A stretch of 64,000 nt of DNA, taken from assembly GCF_009914755.1 (NCBI RefSeq), contig NC_060925.1; one strand, 5' to 3'. This stretch comes from the human T2T-CHM13v2.0 reference genome, Homo sapiens. Under the pieces are notes generated by a model, which was given only the letters and a program-made list of their open reading frames with translations, ran no database searches and was not told the origin of the DNA. This document shows positions 24,701-44,788 of this stretch, piece after piece (the stretch's first letter is position 1; each line of letters opens with the position of its first letter). Both the position numbers and the translations under genes were made by a program.

Positions 24701-25526
24701 AAAATTAAAAAATAATCAGGTTTGGTGCACACCTATAGTCCCAGTTACTTGGGAGGCTGAGGCAGGAGGATTGCTTAAGCTCAGGAGTTGGGATCTAGCC
24801 TGGGCAACATAGCGAGGCCCTCATCTGTAAAAATAAAATAACATAAAGTTAAGGTAATATTTTAGTTTTCTTTTCTGGTAAAACTAAGAAAAAAACCTTT
24901 TGGTAACTTTTATCTTAGTTAAGAATTTTTCAACTATTATTTTGGGTTGAGGAGAGGGTGAGTACCAGGTAGCAATTTTAAAGTTTTTTTTATTTCAAAA
25001 AACTTTCCATAATCAAAGTCTTCCTATTTTATATTGAGAGAAAAAATTGTCTAAAGTATCATTATTGGTAAATAATTCTAGGGTTCCTTCGAATTAGAAT
25101 AATTCTAGGCTCCTTAGAACCCTAATTCTAGGGTTCCTTAGAATTTCTCATTTTTTTGAGGAGTTTATGTATATATCTCTAAAGGATCTTTGGCCATTTT
25201 TCATGACTGTTAACCATAAGATTGGCCAGCTCAAAGTTCACTTTCAATCCCTTTCTCCCTTTCTTGGCTCTAACGTGGAGGAAATAAAGGAAAAGACTTC
25301 CCGGCTTCCTTGCAGCTATGGGTAGTTATGCAACACAATTCTGTTCAATGAGAACCAAGAAGATACCTGCTAAGCTGCTGTTTCCTCTCCTTTTTTTGCT
25401 GCCTGAAACAAGAACTAGAGATGTAGCAGTACTTTGATGACCTTGTTGCAATAATCACGTAGACAACAGATGAAAAGCATGAAGATTAAAAAGCCAAAAT
25501 ATATACAGTTATATGTTTTATATATA

Positions 25527-25530
<4 letters not shown>

Positions 25531-25577
<47 letters not shown>
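25531..25577. repeat. (TA)n microsatellite, ~23 units
   Basis: Read directly. Confidence 0.97.
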
Positions 25578-25579
<2 letters not shown>

Positions 25580-26270
25580 ATCTTAGAATAGTGTTTAGTT
25601 GATATTATCACATACCAGGCACATTTTGGTTTCCAAAAATTGGACATGTATTAAGATCTAATATATATATTATATATATTATATATTTATTTATTTATTT
25701 ATTTTACCATCCAGGAATTTTCTCAAGGTTATATTGCAGAAATTTTTAAAGCCTGTTATTCTACTCTAATGCAGTTATTTTGTTTTTCTGCTATGCCTTT
25801 TTTTCTAAGTATACCTCTCTTGGACATAATTTTAATAATTTACAATATGAAGAGACACAGGCTTAATTTGTAGCAGCATTGTATTAACAGGAAAGAGAGA
25901 ATCCTGCTATCTCTTTGATAATCCAGCTGAACCTAGAAGCCTGTTTATCACCAGAATGGGCTGCAGTGGTTAGAGGATTTCCAACCTAGATACTGGAAGG
26001 TCTTTAAAAGATAATGCTGTATGAGAGATTCATGCAACCAAGAAGGGGTTGGTTCCTCATAACTCTGAAATCCTCTGGCTCCAGCTTTCTCTTTTTTTCC
26101 TCTCCTGGTTGATGGCACCTTGACCCATTAGTGGCACCACTTTGAGTTTTCTTCAGTCTCAATGTCGCAGTCAGGGTGGGAGAAGTGGAAGAATAAGCCT
26201 TCTTCCAGACCACTGGTTGGCAGCCTGTGCCAGAGCTAATCTGGTTTGTTTTCAAGCCAGTGACAGTCAC

Positions 26271-26590
<320 letters not shown>

Positions 26591-27358
26591 TAGGAGTGGG
26601 TTCATTTGCTTCTAGCATCCACCTTCCCACTTTTCTTAGAGTCCTTTGTCCACCCCAGGGACTTTTCCCTTCCTTTCACAGCTAGACACTTTGGCACCCT
26701 TTGCAACTTGCTTGGTGCAGGGTTGCCACAAACTTTCAATTTGGAAGAAAATGCAATATTTGAAAAGTGTAATAAAATGAAGCATAATTAAATGAGGTAT
26801 GCTTACAGAGAGAGAGCGCCTGGGTCCCTGAGTCTCTATAAAAGCTTTAAATCTGGACTCACCCCATGTGACACAAATCCCTATGGGTTGAACTAGTGTT
26901 AGTTGGGTTTTCTGTTGTTTGCAACCAAACCCATTCCCTAACTGATTTACCTTCTTTTAATGATTAAAGTCTTCACAATTACTAATTGGCATGAATGGCT
27001 GATGATAAACAAAATGCACAAAATACAAGTTTTTATAACATTGCTATAATAAACTAAGAATACTTGGTTAACAAATTAAAACTTTGAGATTTTGGCTGTC
27101 ATAAATATGTGTTTGTATGTGTTTGTATATATACATATATGTAGATATACATAAGATACATTTGATTATATATCAGAATAAAAGAATATGATTTCTTAAT
27201 ACATTATAATATTTAACATTTTAAAAATCAGCATCATAAAGATATATTTTAGTCCTAAAAGTATCTTGACATGTAGCTCAATTTTGTTTTTCTATAGGTT
27301 AGAAAATTGAGATCTTGAGAGCAGATATGTAACTTATTCAGAGTTACTTAATTACTGA

Positions 27359-27562
<204 letters not shown>

Positions 27563-28757
27563 TAAAAAAACTTTTTTCTTATACATAATAATTGTATATA
27601 TTTATGGGGTACATGTGGTATTTTGATACATGCATCCAATGTGTAATGATCAAATCAGGGTATTTAGGATATTCATCTCCACAAACATTTATCATTTCTT
27701 TGTGTTGGGGACATTTCAGATCTTCTCTTCTAGTTATTTTGAAATTTTGAGTAAATTATTGTTAACCATAGTCACCTTACTATGCTAACACTAGAACTTA
27801 TTCCTTCTCTCTAACTCAATTTTTGTACCCATTAACCAATCTTTCTTTATTCCTCCCCCTGCCCTTGTATCTTTCCCATCCTCTGGTAGCTATCATTCTG
27901 CTCTCTACCTCCATGAGATCCCCCCGCTCCCTTTTTTTTTTTAGCTTCCACATGTGAGTGAAAATACGATATTTGTCTTTCTGTGTGTGCCTGGGTTGTT
28001 TCACTTAACATAATGACCTCTAGTTGCATCCATGTTGTTGCAAATGACAGGATCTCATTCTTGTTATATCTGAATAGTATTTCTTTATGCATTTATCCAT
28101 TGATGGACACTTAGGTTGAGTTCATATCTTAGCTATTGTGAACAATGCTGCAATAAATACAGGGCTAGAGATATCCTTTTGATATACTGATTTCCTTTCC
28201 TTTGGATAAATACCCAGTAGTGGGATTGCTGGATTGTCTGGTAGTTCTATTTTAAGTTTTTTGAGAATGCTTTGTACTGTTTTCCATAGAGGCTGTACTA
28301 ATTTACATTCTCAGCAACAATGTACAAGAGCTCCTTTTTCTCCACATACTCACCAGCACTGGTTATTTTTTGTCTTTTTGATAATAGCTATTCTAACGGG
28401 GCAGGATGATATGTCACTGTGGTCTTGATTTGCGTTTCCCTGATGACTAGTGATGTTGAGCATTTTTTCATATACCTGTTGGCTATTTGTATGTCTTCTT
28501 TTGAGAAATGTTTATTGAGGTCCTTTGCCCACTTTTTAATGGGATTATTTGTTCTTACGCTCTGGAGTTCTTTATATATTATGGATATTAGTTTCTTGTC
28601 ACATGATTAGTGCAAATATTTTCTCCCATTCTACAGATTGTGTCTGTATTTTTTTCTTTGCTTTGCAGAAGCTTTTTAGTTTAATATAGTTCCATTATTC
28701 TATTTTTGTTTTCATTGCCTGTGCTTTTTTTCTTATGTATTTATTTGTATATCTTTT

Positions 28758-28863
28758 AAAATATGGAACACTTCATGAATTTGTTTGTCATCCTTATGCA
28801 GGGGCCATGCTAATCTTCTCTGTGTAATTCCAATTTTAGTATGTTTGCTGCTGAAGCAAGCAC
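28758..28863 (-). pseudogene. U6 snRNA retropseudogene nested in L1
   Basis: Reverse complement reads gtgcttgcttcagcagcaaacatactaaaattggaattacacagagaagattagcatggcccctgcataaggatgac...gttccatatttt. Decayed A-tail at 28729-28757; TSD tgcctgtgctttt at 28716-28728 and 28864-28876. Confidence 0.95.
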
Positions 28864-30731
28864 TGCCTGTGCTTTTGAAATAACAGCCATAAAATCTGCC
28901 CTGACCAATGTCCTGAAACATTTCTCCTCTATTTTCTTCTAGTAGTAGTTTTATAGTTTTGAGTCTTATGTTTACATCTTTAATCCATTTTGGGTTTTTT
29001 TTTTATATGGTGAGAGATGGGATCTAGTGTCATTTTTCTTCATATTCATATCCAATTTTCTCAGCGTCATTTATCGAAGAGGATGTCCTTTTTCTAATGC
29101 ATGCTCCTGGCACCTTCGTCAAAAATCAGTTGGCTGTAAACATGTAAATGTATTTTGGGGTTCTCTATTTTGTTCCATTGGTCTTTGTGCCTGTTATTAA
29201 ACAAATTCCATGCTATTTTGGTTACTATAGCCTTGTAGTATATTTGGAAGTCATAGTGTGATGCCTCTAGCTTTGTTCTTTTTGCTCAGGGTTGCTTTGG
29301 CTATTATTCAGGGTCTTTGTGGTTCCATATGAATTTTAGGATTGTTTTTTCTGTTTCTGTGAAGAGTGTCATTGGTATTTTGATGGGGATTGTCCTGAAT
29401 CCGAAGATCGCTTTTGGTAATATGGTGATTTTAACAATATTAATTCTTTTAATCCACAAGCATGGTATATCTTCCCATTTGTGTCCTGTTCCATTTCTTT
29501 CATCCGTGTTTTGTAGTTTTTCTTGTAGAGATCTTTTACTTCCTTGGTTAAATTTATTCCCAGATTTTTTTTTTGTAGCTATTGGAAATAAGGTTGCTTT
29601 CTTTATTTCTTTTTCAGCTAGCTTGTTATTGGTTTATAGAAATGCTACTGATTTTTGTATGTTGATTTTGTATCCTGAAACAACTGAATTTGTTTATCAG
29701 CTCTAAGAGTTTTTTTAATGGAATCTTTAGGGTCCTCTCTATATAAGATCATGTCATTTGCAAAGAGGGACAATTTGACTTCCTCTTTTCCAGTTTGGAT
29801 GCCTTAAATCTCATTTGCCCGATTTTGTTCCAGTTTTTAAAGGAAAGCCTTCCAGCTTTTCCGCATTCAGTATGATATTAGTTGTGTGTTTGTCATATAT
29901 GGCCTTTATTATGTTGATATGTTCCTAGGAATATTTTAAATTTTATCAAATGCTTTTTCTGCATCTATTGAGATGATCATAAGGTTTTTATTCTTCATTC
30001 TGTTGATATGGTGTATTACATTTATTGATTTTGCATATATATTAAACCATCTTTGCATCCTTGGGATAAATCCTACTTGATTATGGTAAACAATCTTTTT
30101 TATGTGCTGTTGGAATTGATTTGCAAGTATTAATATTTAGTTCAGGATTTTTGGGTTCTCTGTTGTTCTGTTCAGGAATATGCAACTATAGTATTCTTTT
30201 TTGCTGTGTGCTTGTCTGGTTGTGATATCAGGGTAATGCTGGCCTCACAGGATGAGTTAGGAAAAATTCCCTCCATTTGATTTTTTTGGAATAGTTTGAG
30301 GAGAATTGGTGTTAGTTCTTCTTTATAAGTTCAGTAGAATTCAGAATTGAAGCCATCCAGTCCTGGACTTTTCTTTTGTGGGAGGCTTTTTAAGTGCTGA
30401 TTGAATCCTGTTACTTGTTATTGGTCTTTCTTCTTTGTTCAATCTTGGTAGGTTGTATGAGTCCAGGAATCTATCCATTTCTTGTAGGTTTTTCAATTTG
30501 CTAGTATATAGTTGTTCATAATAGTCTCTAATGATCCTGTGTAATTCTGTGGTGTCATCTGTACTGTCTCCTTTTTTGTTTATGATTTTATTTGGGTCTT
30601 TCCTCTTTTTTTCTTGGTTAGTCTAGTTTGTAGTTTATTGATTTTATTTATCTTTTCATGAAACCAATTCTTCTTTTATTTCATCCTTTGTATTTTTGTT
30701 TAGTTTCTATTTCATTTAGTTCTGCCCTGAT

Positions 30732-33176
<2,445 letters not shown>

Positions 33177-33416
33177 TGCATTCATTTTTTAACAATAGTT
33201 TCACTGCGTATGGTATTTTTATCTGGCAGTTTTTCTTTCTTTCAGCACTTTGAATATATCATCTAATTCTCTCCTGGCCTATAATGTTTCTCTTAAAAAA
33301 CCTGCTGCTAAGACTGATGGAGATTCCCTTATATGTAACTTGATGCTTGTCTCTTGCTGTTTTTAGGGTTCTCTCTTTGACTTTTGACTTTTGGTAGTTT
33401 GACTTTTGGTAGAAAA

Positions 33417-33605
33417 AAGTATATATTTTAATCTTTATTGTTGTTTCAAAACTTTATTTATTTTGTGTGGAGAAATATGGTTCTATTGATTGTTGAAACC
33501 AACAAATGTTTTTCCCCACAACTAACATATGTTTTGAGGGCATCCTTTGTGTGACATACTACATTGGGAGTGTAAGTAATACAGAGAAATTAATCAAAAT
33601 AAAAT
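33417..33605 (+). repeat. 189-bp direct copy of 35292-35480
   Basis: Aligned by eye: 5 mismatches, no gaps. Confidence 0.95.
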
Positions 33606-35132
33606 GTACTTTGGTGAAGATCGTTTTGGGTTGACTCTATTTAGGCTTTTTCATTCTTTTTTCTCTTTTTTTTATGTGACTGGCTTATTTCAAAAGACCT
33701 GACTTCAAGTTCAGAAATTCTTTATTCTGTTTCATCTAGTCTAACATTGAAGCTCTTGGTTGGATTTTTTATTTCATTTATTGAATTCTTTAGTTCTATG
33801 ATTTTTGTTTAGTTCTTTTTTATGATATCTCTTTGTTGAAAACCTCATTTAGATGATGAATTGTTCTCCTATTTTGTTTATATTGTCTGCTTGTGTTCTC
33901 TTGTATCTCACTAAACTTTCTAGATATCATTATGTTGAATTCTTTTTCAGGCCTTTCATATTTTCTTTTCATTGGGATGTGTTACTGGAGACTTATTGTG
34001 TCCCTTTGGAGGTGTCATATTTCCTTGCTTTCTCATGTTTCTTGTTTCCTTACATTGATATCTGTGCATCTGGTATAACAATAGCTTCTTCCAGTTTTGT
34101 AGATAGCTTTCATAGGGAAAGACATTTTCTCACAGATATATGCATAATGTTGGTTGGGTAGGGTGCTTTGGCTTTGATCCTGGGTGGGTGCAGTAATATA
34201 TAGTCTCTATATGATTTCTTTGGCTATAATCAATGTCAGTGGGGTCTGTCTGGTTCCTTAGTGGCTTCGACTGAAGTTGTTAGTGGAGGCTGTGGCAAGG
34301 CTTTGCTGGGGATGGGGATGCCAGGCAGGGTCCAGTGGTGGCAGTGGTGGACCAGGTATGCTGGTTCTTGGGTCTCCAAGAGGTGTATGCAGATACTAGC
34401 AGTGGTGGGTCCAGGTGGCTGGTCCTTGGGCCTCCCAGCAGCTTGTTTTAGTGCTGCTTGAGGTAGCAGTGGGCTGGGCAGGTAGGTGGGTCTTCCAGTT
34501 CTTGGGTGGCATGTGTGGCATTGGCAGTAGCAGAAGCAGCAGTAGGCCAATCTTGGTTCCCCAAGCAGTGTACATGAGTGCCAGTGGTGAAAGCATAGGG
34601 CTGAGCAATCCAATTTTCAGGCCCCAGTTTGTGTGCATGGGTGGGTGCCAGCAGTGGTAGCAACAGGTTGTGCAGGGTCAGTCGCTAGCCCCCAGGAGGC
34701 ATGCGTGGGCAGTAGACAGAGCAGGCTCGTTTTCAAGTCCCTGGAGGCCTGTGCAAGGACAGGCTTGTCCTCAGGCCCCTGGATGGTCTGCGCAGGTGCT
34801 GTCTGTGACAGGTGGGGCAGGTTGATACCCAGGCCCCTAGATTGCATGCTTGTGTATCTGCAAGAGTGGCAGTGGCTGTGGAGATAATTTTGTCTTTGCT
34901 TTCATGTTGCAACCTAATTTATAATAAGAAGGTTCAATTCATTTTGCATTATTGCCTAAAGTGTCCAGAGCTCTCTGGTACATAGTACAGATTCCTGAGA
35001 CTGGCATTAACTGAAGCTTTAGATTCCAGTTCCCAGCCAGATGCAACCACCAGGCATGCTGCCATAGTCCTTAAAATACATTTCTAATAGTACTCTTAAG
35101 GAACAAACAAACAAACAAACGAACATTAATAA

Positions 35133-35426
<294 letters not shown>

Positions 35427-35957
35427 TGACATACTACATTGGGAGTGTAAGTAATACAGAGGAATTAATCAAAATAAAATTATATTACCTACAGAAGTGA
35501 ACATTCTAATTAGGGAAATAAGACACTGCATTTTAAAGAAAGTTGATTTTTGCTGGATATCTGTAGCATTTGAGATTATTAGCCACTCCCTTTTTATTTT
35601 CTATCGGCTTCACAATACCATTTTTTCCTGGTTCTTTTATCTTTCTAATGATTCCTTATTGGTTTTCTTCATAGGAATCTTTTCTGTGAGACTCCCTTTA
35701 AATACTGGGGTTGCTTGCAGGTTTGTTATTTCTTCTAAGTTACATCTTTATTTTTGGAGATTTCATCTATTCTTGGGGGGCGGTTAATTTTAATTTTTTA
35801 AAAAAAATTTATAAAGTGACGGGGTCTCACTGTGTTTCCCAGACTAGTCTCTCAAACTTCTGGGCTGAAGTGATCATCCTGCCTCAGCCTCCCAAAGTGT
35901 TAGATGTGAGCCACTGCACCTGGCCTTATTATTTATTATGATTATTATTATTTTTAG

Positions 35958-36456
<499 letters not shown>

Positions 36457-38114
36457 TAAGCTAAAGTAGGCATTGTTTCAAACAGTTAGGTATTTTAAAT
36501 TAGAAAGTTATTAATAGTTCAGGTGGAACATAAGTTTGACAAAACCATGAAAATGATAGGCAAATAACTGAAGCTTCAGGAACACAGACCTATAGGATAA
36601 AGCTCAGAGTGATTAGTGTGACACACTGGACCTTCTGAAATGTACCTACAGTTCTAGACTCATTTCTGCTGCTGCATACTTCACACTCTGAATTGCTACA
36701 ACTGAGCTGCTTGTAGGGGCTATTTTGCACAGCTGAGCATTTATCCATTCTTTCTCTTGTGCCTACAATGCCTTCTCCCCTTTCTTTGCCTGGCTAACTC
36801 CTACCTTTAAGACTCAGCTCAGTCTTAAAGTCTGCCTCTACCAGAATATCTTCCTAACATCACAGGCATAACATTTAAACATTTGTGCCTTCTTCTGTAC
36901 CACCATAGTACTTTGTACATATCTTTTCCAAAGTACTTATATTATAGTTAAATGCTCATTTATATGTCTGTTTACACTTACAACTTAAGTTCCTAGAAGG
37001 CAGCAGCTGTGTTTCACCGCTCTTCCATTCATAGTGCCTAATTAGCAAGACTTAAACAAATGATATTTGTTTTTATGTGATTGGTTGTCAACTGATTTTA
37101 TATCCTGTAAGTACAGATGACTCCTGGGAAATCTTCAGGGATGATATTGGAGTTAAATTAGGTGTTGAAAGGTAATAATTATAATGAAATTTGCATACTG
37201 AGTACTTATGTGCCAGGTGCCCACTTGGTACTTATCTTGTATAATCTCATGTTATACCCAACTGTTTAAGGTAGATATTATTCTTCCCAACTTTCAAAAG
37301 AGTTATTGAAGCTCAGAGAGGTTAATGAAATTGCTTATTGATCCCAATCTAGTAGTGGCAGAGCCAGAACCAAATCTCCTTAAAACTTTTCACTATTTGT
37401 GTTTCAGTAGGTCGGAAACAGCAGAAAAAGCATTACATAAAAGGTATGTTAAAAAAAATACAGATGTCGATCTGTGGATAAGCACAAATAAGTTAAGGAG
37501 TGGTAATAGTCTTCTTTGATTGGAACAAATAATTGACAAAGATATGGCGAGAGATGAAATTACAAAATACAGATTGGTCCTAGATTATATGTGGTCTTCA
37601 GTATTGAGCCAGGAGCTTAGGCTTGACTGCTTTTGGCTGTAAGGGCTCACTGGAGAGTTGGAAGGGAGAGAGGCATATCAGAGAAATCCTATAGGCATGC
37701 AGGACAGATTGGTGGGGAGAAATACTGAAGGAATGGAGAGGAGTTAGAAAGCATGACAGGGACCTAAACTGTCAGGTTAATGGGATTGGAATGTCCCACA
37801 GCAGTGATGTAAGAGTTGTTCCAAGGGAAGAATCAGTATGAGTGTTAGACCAATAAATATCATAGAGAATGGAGAGCAAGGAGATTAAGAAACTTAAGTT
37901 TGAATGGTGGCATTTTTAATAGATATAAAGGTATCAAAAGGTATGTTTGCTTTGAAGAGGTATGGGTACATTTTAATCATATTGGCTTTGAGGAGATAGT
38001 AAGTTTCTGGATAGCAGCAACTGAAAATCTTGGACTTGAGCTCAGAAGAGATGTCAGTGCTTCTGTGAATCAGCTCTCCAGGGTAGAGGGGATTCCTATA
38101 AACTATGCTGTAGA

Positions 38115-38310
38115 ACTACACTGTCCAGTAGGGTAGCCACAAGCCATATGTAGCTATTTAAATTTAATTAGTTAAAATTAAATTAAAATTTCAGTTCCTT
38201 GGTCGCACTACCCACATTTCACGTGCTCAATAGCCACTTAAATATAGCGATGACCCTATTGAGGGTGAAGATACAGAACATTTCCATCATCCAAAGAGTC
38301 AGTTGACTAG
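38115..38310 (-). mobile_element. MER3 (hAT-Charlie) DNA transposon remnant
   Basis: ctgtccagtagggtagccacaagccatatgtagcta...ttcagttccttggtcgcacta...agaacatttccatcat. Confidence 0.8.
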
Positions 38311-38529
38311 AATAAATATAAAGATTGGAGGAGAGAACACGGAAAAGAGCAGGTTGTTTCAAGAGGTAAGGAATGAATAGTCACTAGTGTTAATTCTCTG
38401 GTGAAAGCAAGCTGAATAGAGAATGAACAATTTTATTATTAAAAATTAGTTAACATATTGATTGAAAAGTCTTTGGTCGCTATGAAAAGTACAGTTTCAG
38501 AAGGAAAAATGGTTTTAAGAAGTCCAGCT

Positions 38530-38815
38530 AGTTTGGGCATGGTGGCTCACACCCACAGTCCTAGCACTTTGGGAGGCCAAGGCAGGCAAATTGCTTGAGC
38601 CCAGGAGTTTGAGACCATCCTGGGCAACATGGCAGAACCCTGTCTCTACAAAAAACACAGAAATTAGCTGGGTGTGGTTGTGTGCACCTGTAGTCCCAGC
38701 TACTGGGGAGGCTAAGGTGGATCACCTGAGCCCAGGGAGGTTGAGGCTGCAATGAGCTGTTATCATGCACTGCACTCCAGCCTGGGTGACAAAGTGAGAC
38801 CATGTCTCAAAAAAA
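38530..38815 (+). mobile_element. AluJ
   Basis: TSD aagaagtccagctagt. Confidence 0.93.
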
Positions 38816-39484
38816 GAAGTCCAGCTAGTAGAAGATCAAACTGAGGAGGGAAGAAATAGATGCAAAAGAAAATTTAACAGTAGTTACAGGATATCAGTTG
38901 ATTAGATTAAGGGTAACATCTAAGCCATAGGGTACTATCCCTGGTGCAATGATCCTGGAGTCCCTTCCAACACATTTCGTTTCCAGTGTCTTGTACTCAG
39001 AGTTTTCCTTCCCTGTCTGATGGACTGTCTTTTCCTGACAGTGTTTGGGGGGGTTCACCTCCCAACAGCTTCCCTTTATTATGCTTGATTTAGAACACTA
39101 CTTTCCAGCTGATCTCTACTTTTGCTGACACAGCAGAGGGGATGTGAGATTCTCATTCTTTCTTCTACCTGTATTTGAGATGGTGCTTTTTAATAAATTA
39201 AACTTTAAGGAATTATCTCAAGGTAGCATTGGTCTCTGTAATAGATGAAATGTAAAATATTTATTATTTCTAAGGTGCTTTTTGAAATTATAAGTTAGTA
39301 ATATATTATCACTGTGAGGAAAAAAATCAAATGATTGTAAGGTTTTATGTTAAAAGCTCTCCTTTGCAGTCCCAAAAATGATATTGGTTGCATTTTTAAG
39401 TTATGGTCTAAGAGTGGGCTCTCAATATGTTTATGTAAAATGTTATGGAAATTAAACTTCAATTTTATTTTTCTTCTTATTTAG

Positions 39485-39661
<177 letters not shown>

Positions 39662-39797
39662 TAAATGTTTTCTAATATTATTTTAAAAATGATTATATTG
39701 TTATATTTAAAGATTTCTATATATCTTTAAATAAATGAGCCTTGCATAAAATCTGCTATTGATCCAAATATCTGGCAATGCTCTTGTCTTTTAAAAC

Positions 39798-39802
39798 ATT
39801 TT

Positions 39803-39850
<48 letters not shown>

Positions 39851-40352
39851 TTTTTGACAGATTCTCGCTCTCTCGCCCAGGCTGGAGTGCAGTGTGCAAT
39901 CTCGGCTCACTGCAAGCTCCGCCTCCCAGGTTCACGCCATTCTCCAGTCTCAGCCTCCTGAGTAGCTGAGACTATAGGCGCCCGCCACCACGCCCGGCTA
40001 ATTTTTTGTATTTTTAGTAGAGATAGGGTTTCACTGTGTTAGACAGGATGGTCTCAATTTCTTGACCTTGTGATCTGCCTGCCTCAGCCTCCCAAAGTGC
40101 TGGGATTACAGGCGTGAGCCACCTCCCCGGCCAAACATTTTATTTTAAATGAACGCCTTTTATTTAAGAATATGAAAAACTTAGATCTGTGACATAAAGA
40201 CCAGCCTGGCCAACATGATGAAGCCCCATCTCTACTAAAAATACAAAAAATTAGCCAGGCATGGTGGCGCGCACCTGTAATCCCAGCTAATCTGGAGGCT
40301 GAGGCAGGACAATTGCTTGAACCTAGGAGGCGGAGGTTGCAGTGAGCCAAGA
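39798..40352. mobile_element. AluY antisense with (TTTA)n tail (39798-40132) and an internal sense Alu fragment (40198-40352)
   Basis: Alu consensus. The fragment lacks both the 5' end and the A-tail. Confidence 0.9.
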
Positions 40353-40969
40353 ATAAAGTGTCTTACATATAGTGAGCCCTAAAAATGTCAACTATTTATA
40401 TAAATATACAATATCAGAGAAAAAGAAAGAAATAAGGTTTGTGTGAGTTGCCTAAACTTTTATTAAATTGTAAGATAAAAATGGAAGACAAATCAGAATT
40501 CATGATTCTAATGTGCTTCATGGATTTCTTATTATTTGGTGACTTCATAAGCTCCAATGCTCATAGAAAAAAATGATAACAGACTTAATGTTTTGAAAGG
40601 ATAATTAAATAATTACCTATCACAATTCAAAATTATAAGAACAAATTAAAACAATGTAATAGCATTTTTCAAACATCAAATTGTCAAAGATTAACATGAT
40701 AAGATCCAATTTATCCAGAGAATAGAGAACCAGGAACTCTATTACCTATTGTTCCTAGGAGTATAGATTGATATAACCATGTTGGATTTCAATTTGGGAA
40801 TATTTGCCAAAATTTTAAATATGTGTAGGCTGTAATGTAAGAATTCCAAGTCTGGATAAAAGTCTATCCTATAAGAGCACAAAGATAGATGTCCAGGATT
40901 ATTGTTTCAGCCATTGGTTACCATTCTAAAAAACAGAAAACATTTAGAGGGCTGGTTAAATAAATTATC

Positions 40970-41185
40970 AGTATAATACATAGTATAGTGATTAAGATCA
41001 TGTTCTCTCCTGAGCCCATGATTTACCAGTAGTGTGAGCTTGGGCAAGTTATGTAACCTCTCTGTGCTTCAGTTTCTTCATCTATAAAATAGACATCTAC
41101 CTCATAGTGTTGTATGTGAGTTAACATACATGAAGCACTTAGAATAATTCTTGTTACATGCTGATACATACATATTTGCTATTAT
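40970..41185 (+). mobile_element. MIR
   Basis: Core tgtgagcttgggcaagttatgtaacctctctgtgcttcagtttcttcatctataaaat. Confidence 0.8.
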
Positions 41186-41315
41186 AATCCATACAAAGGA
41201 ATATTATGCAACTGTTAGAATGCAGTAGTTCTGTTCATACTGACATGTATATATCCTTCTATAATGTATACTTTTTTAGTAATTACAAAGTCTTTTATAA
41301 ATTAAAAAACTTTAT

Positions 41316-43642
<2,327 letters not shown>

Positions 43643-44169
43643 TTAGTGCTCTCGTATCTAGTTTATTCAAGGAAGTGAAAATAGAAGTGATCTTAATGCT
43701 GTAATGAAATCTTATTTTGTACAGGGGTCTTTAATGAACTTTGTGGTTTTAAATGTAACATAATGAAAATACAAGTTTAAGAATAAAAGAGTTGAAGCTA
43801 AAGGCAAATATAACTTTTGATTTTTACAAGTCTTATCATTGTACAGGAAGTCTGGGTCAGCCATTAAGACCCAGGAAGCAGATCTAGATATTTAATTCTG
43901 TGACAGTTCATAGCCTCATATTGTAGTTACATATTGGAAAACATCTGTCAAATTCAGTTTATATATAGCTTGGAATTGTTCAAGGGTTGAGTAATTAATT
44001 ACATCTTTAAAAAATACATATGGAGAATTCTAGAGGATATAAAAATGAAGATACAAGTCACTATCCTTAGAGCCTCCTATTCTTCTAGAGATATTTGAAG
44101 CCTAGGAAGCAAGGCTCCAGAAAGGAAGGTGAAGATGGCAAAGGATAGTTGTGTTTTAAAAGCAGGTAG

Positions 44170-44788
<619 letters not shown>

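Noticed and set aside
34200-34890. GC-rich region with overlapping ORFs as a possible CpG island promoter or gene
   Set aside because: It is CpG-depleted (TG/CA rich) and best explained as the decayed 5' region of the L1.
37139-37171. Another 33-nt AG...GT cassette candidate
   Set aside because: Poor polypyrimidine tract; weaker than the 37408-37443 candidate.
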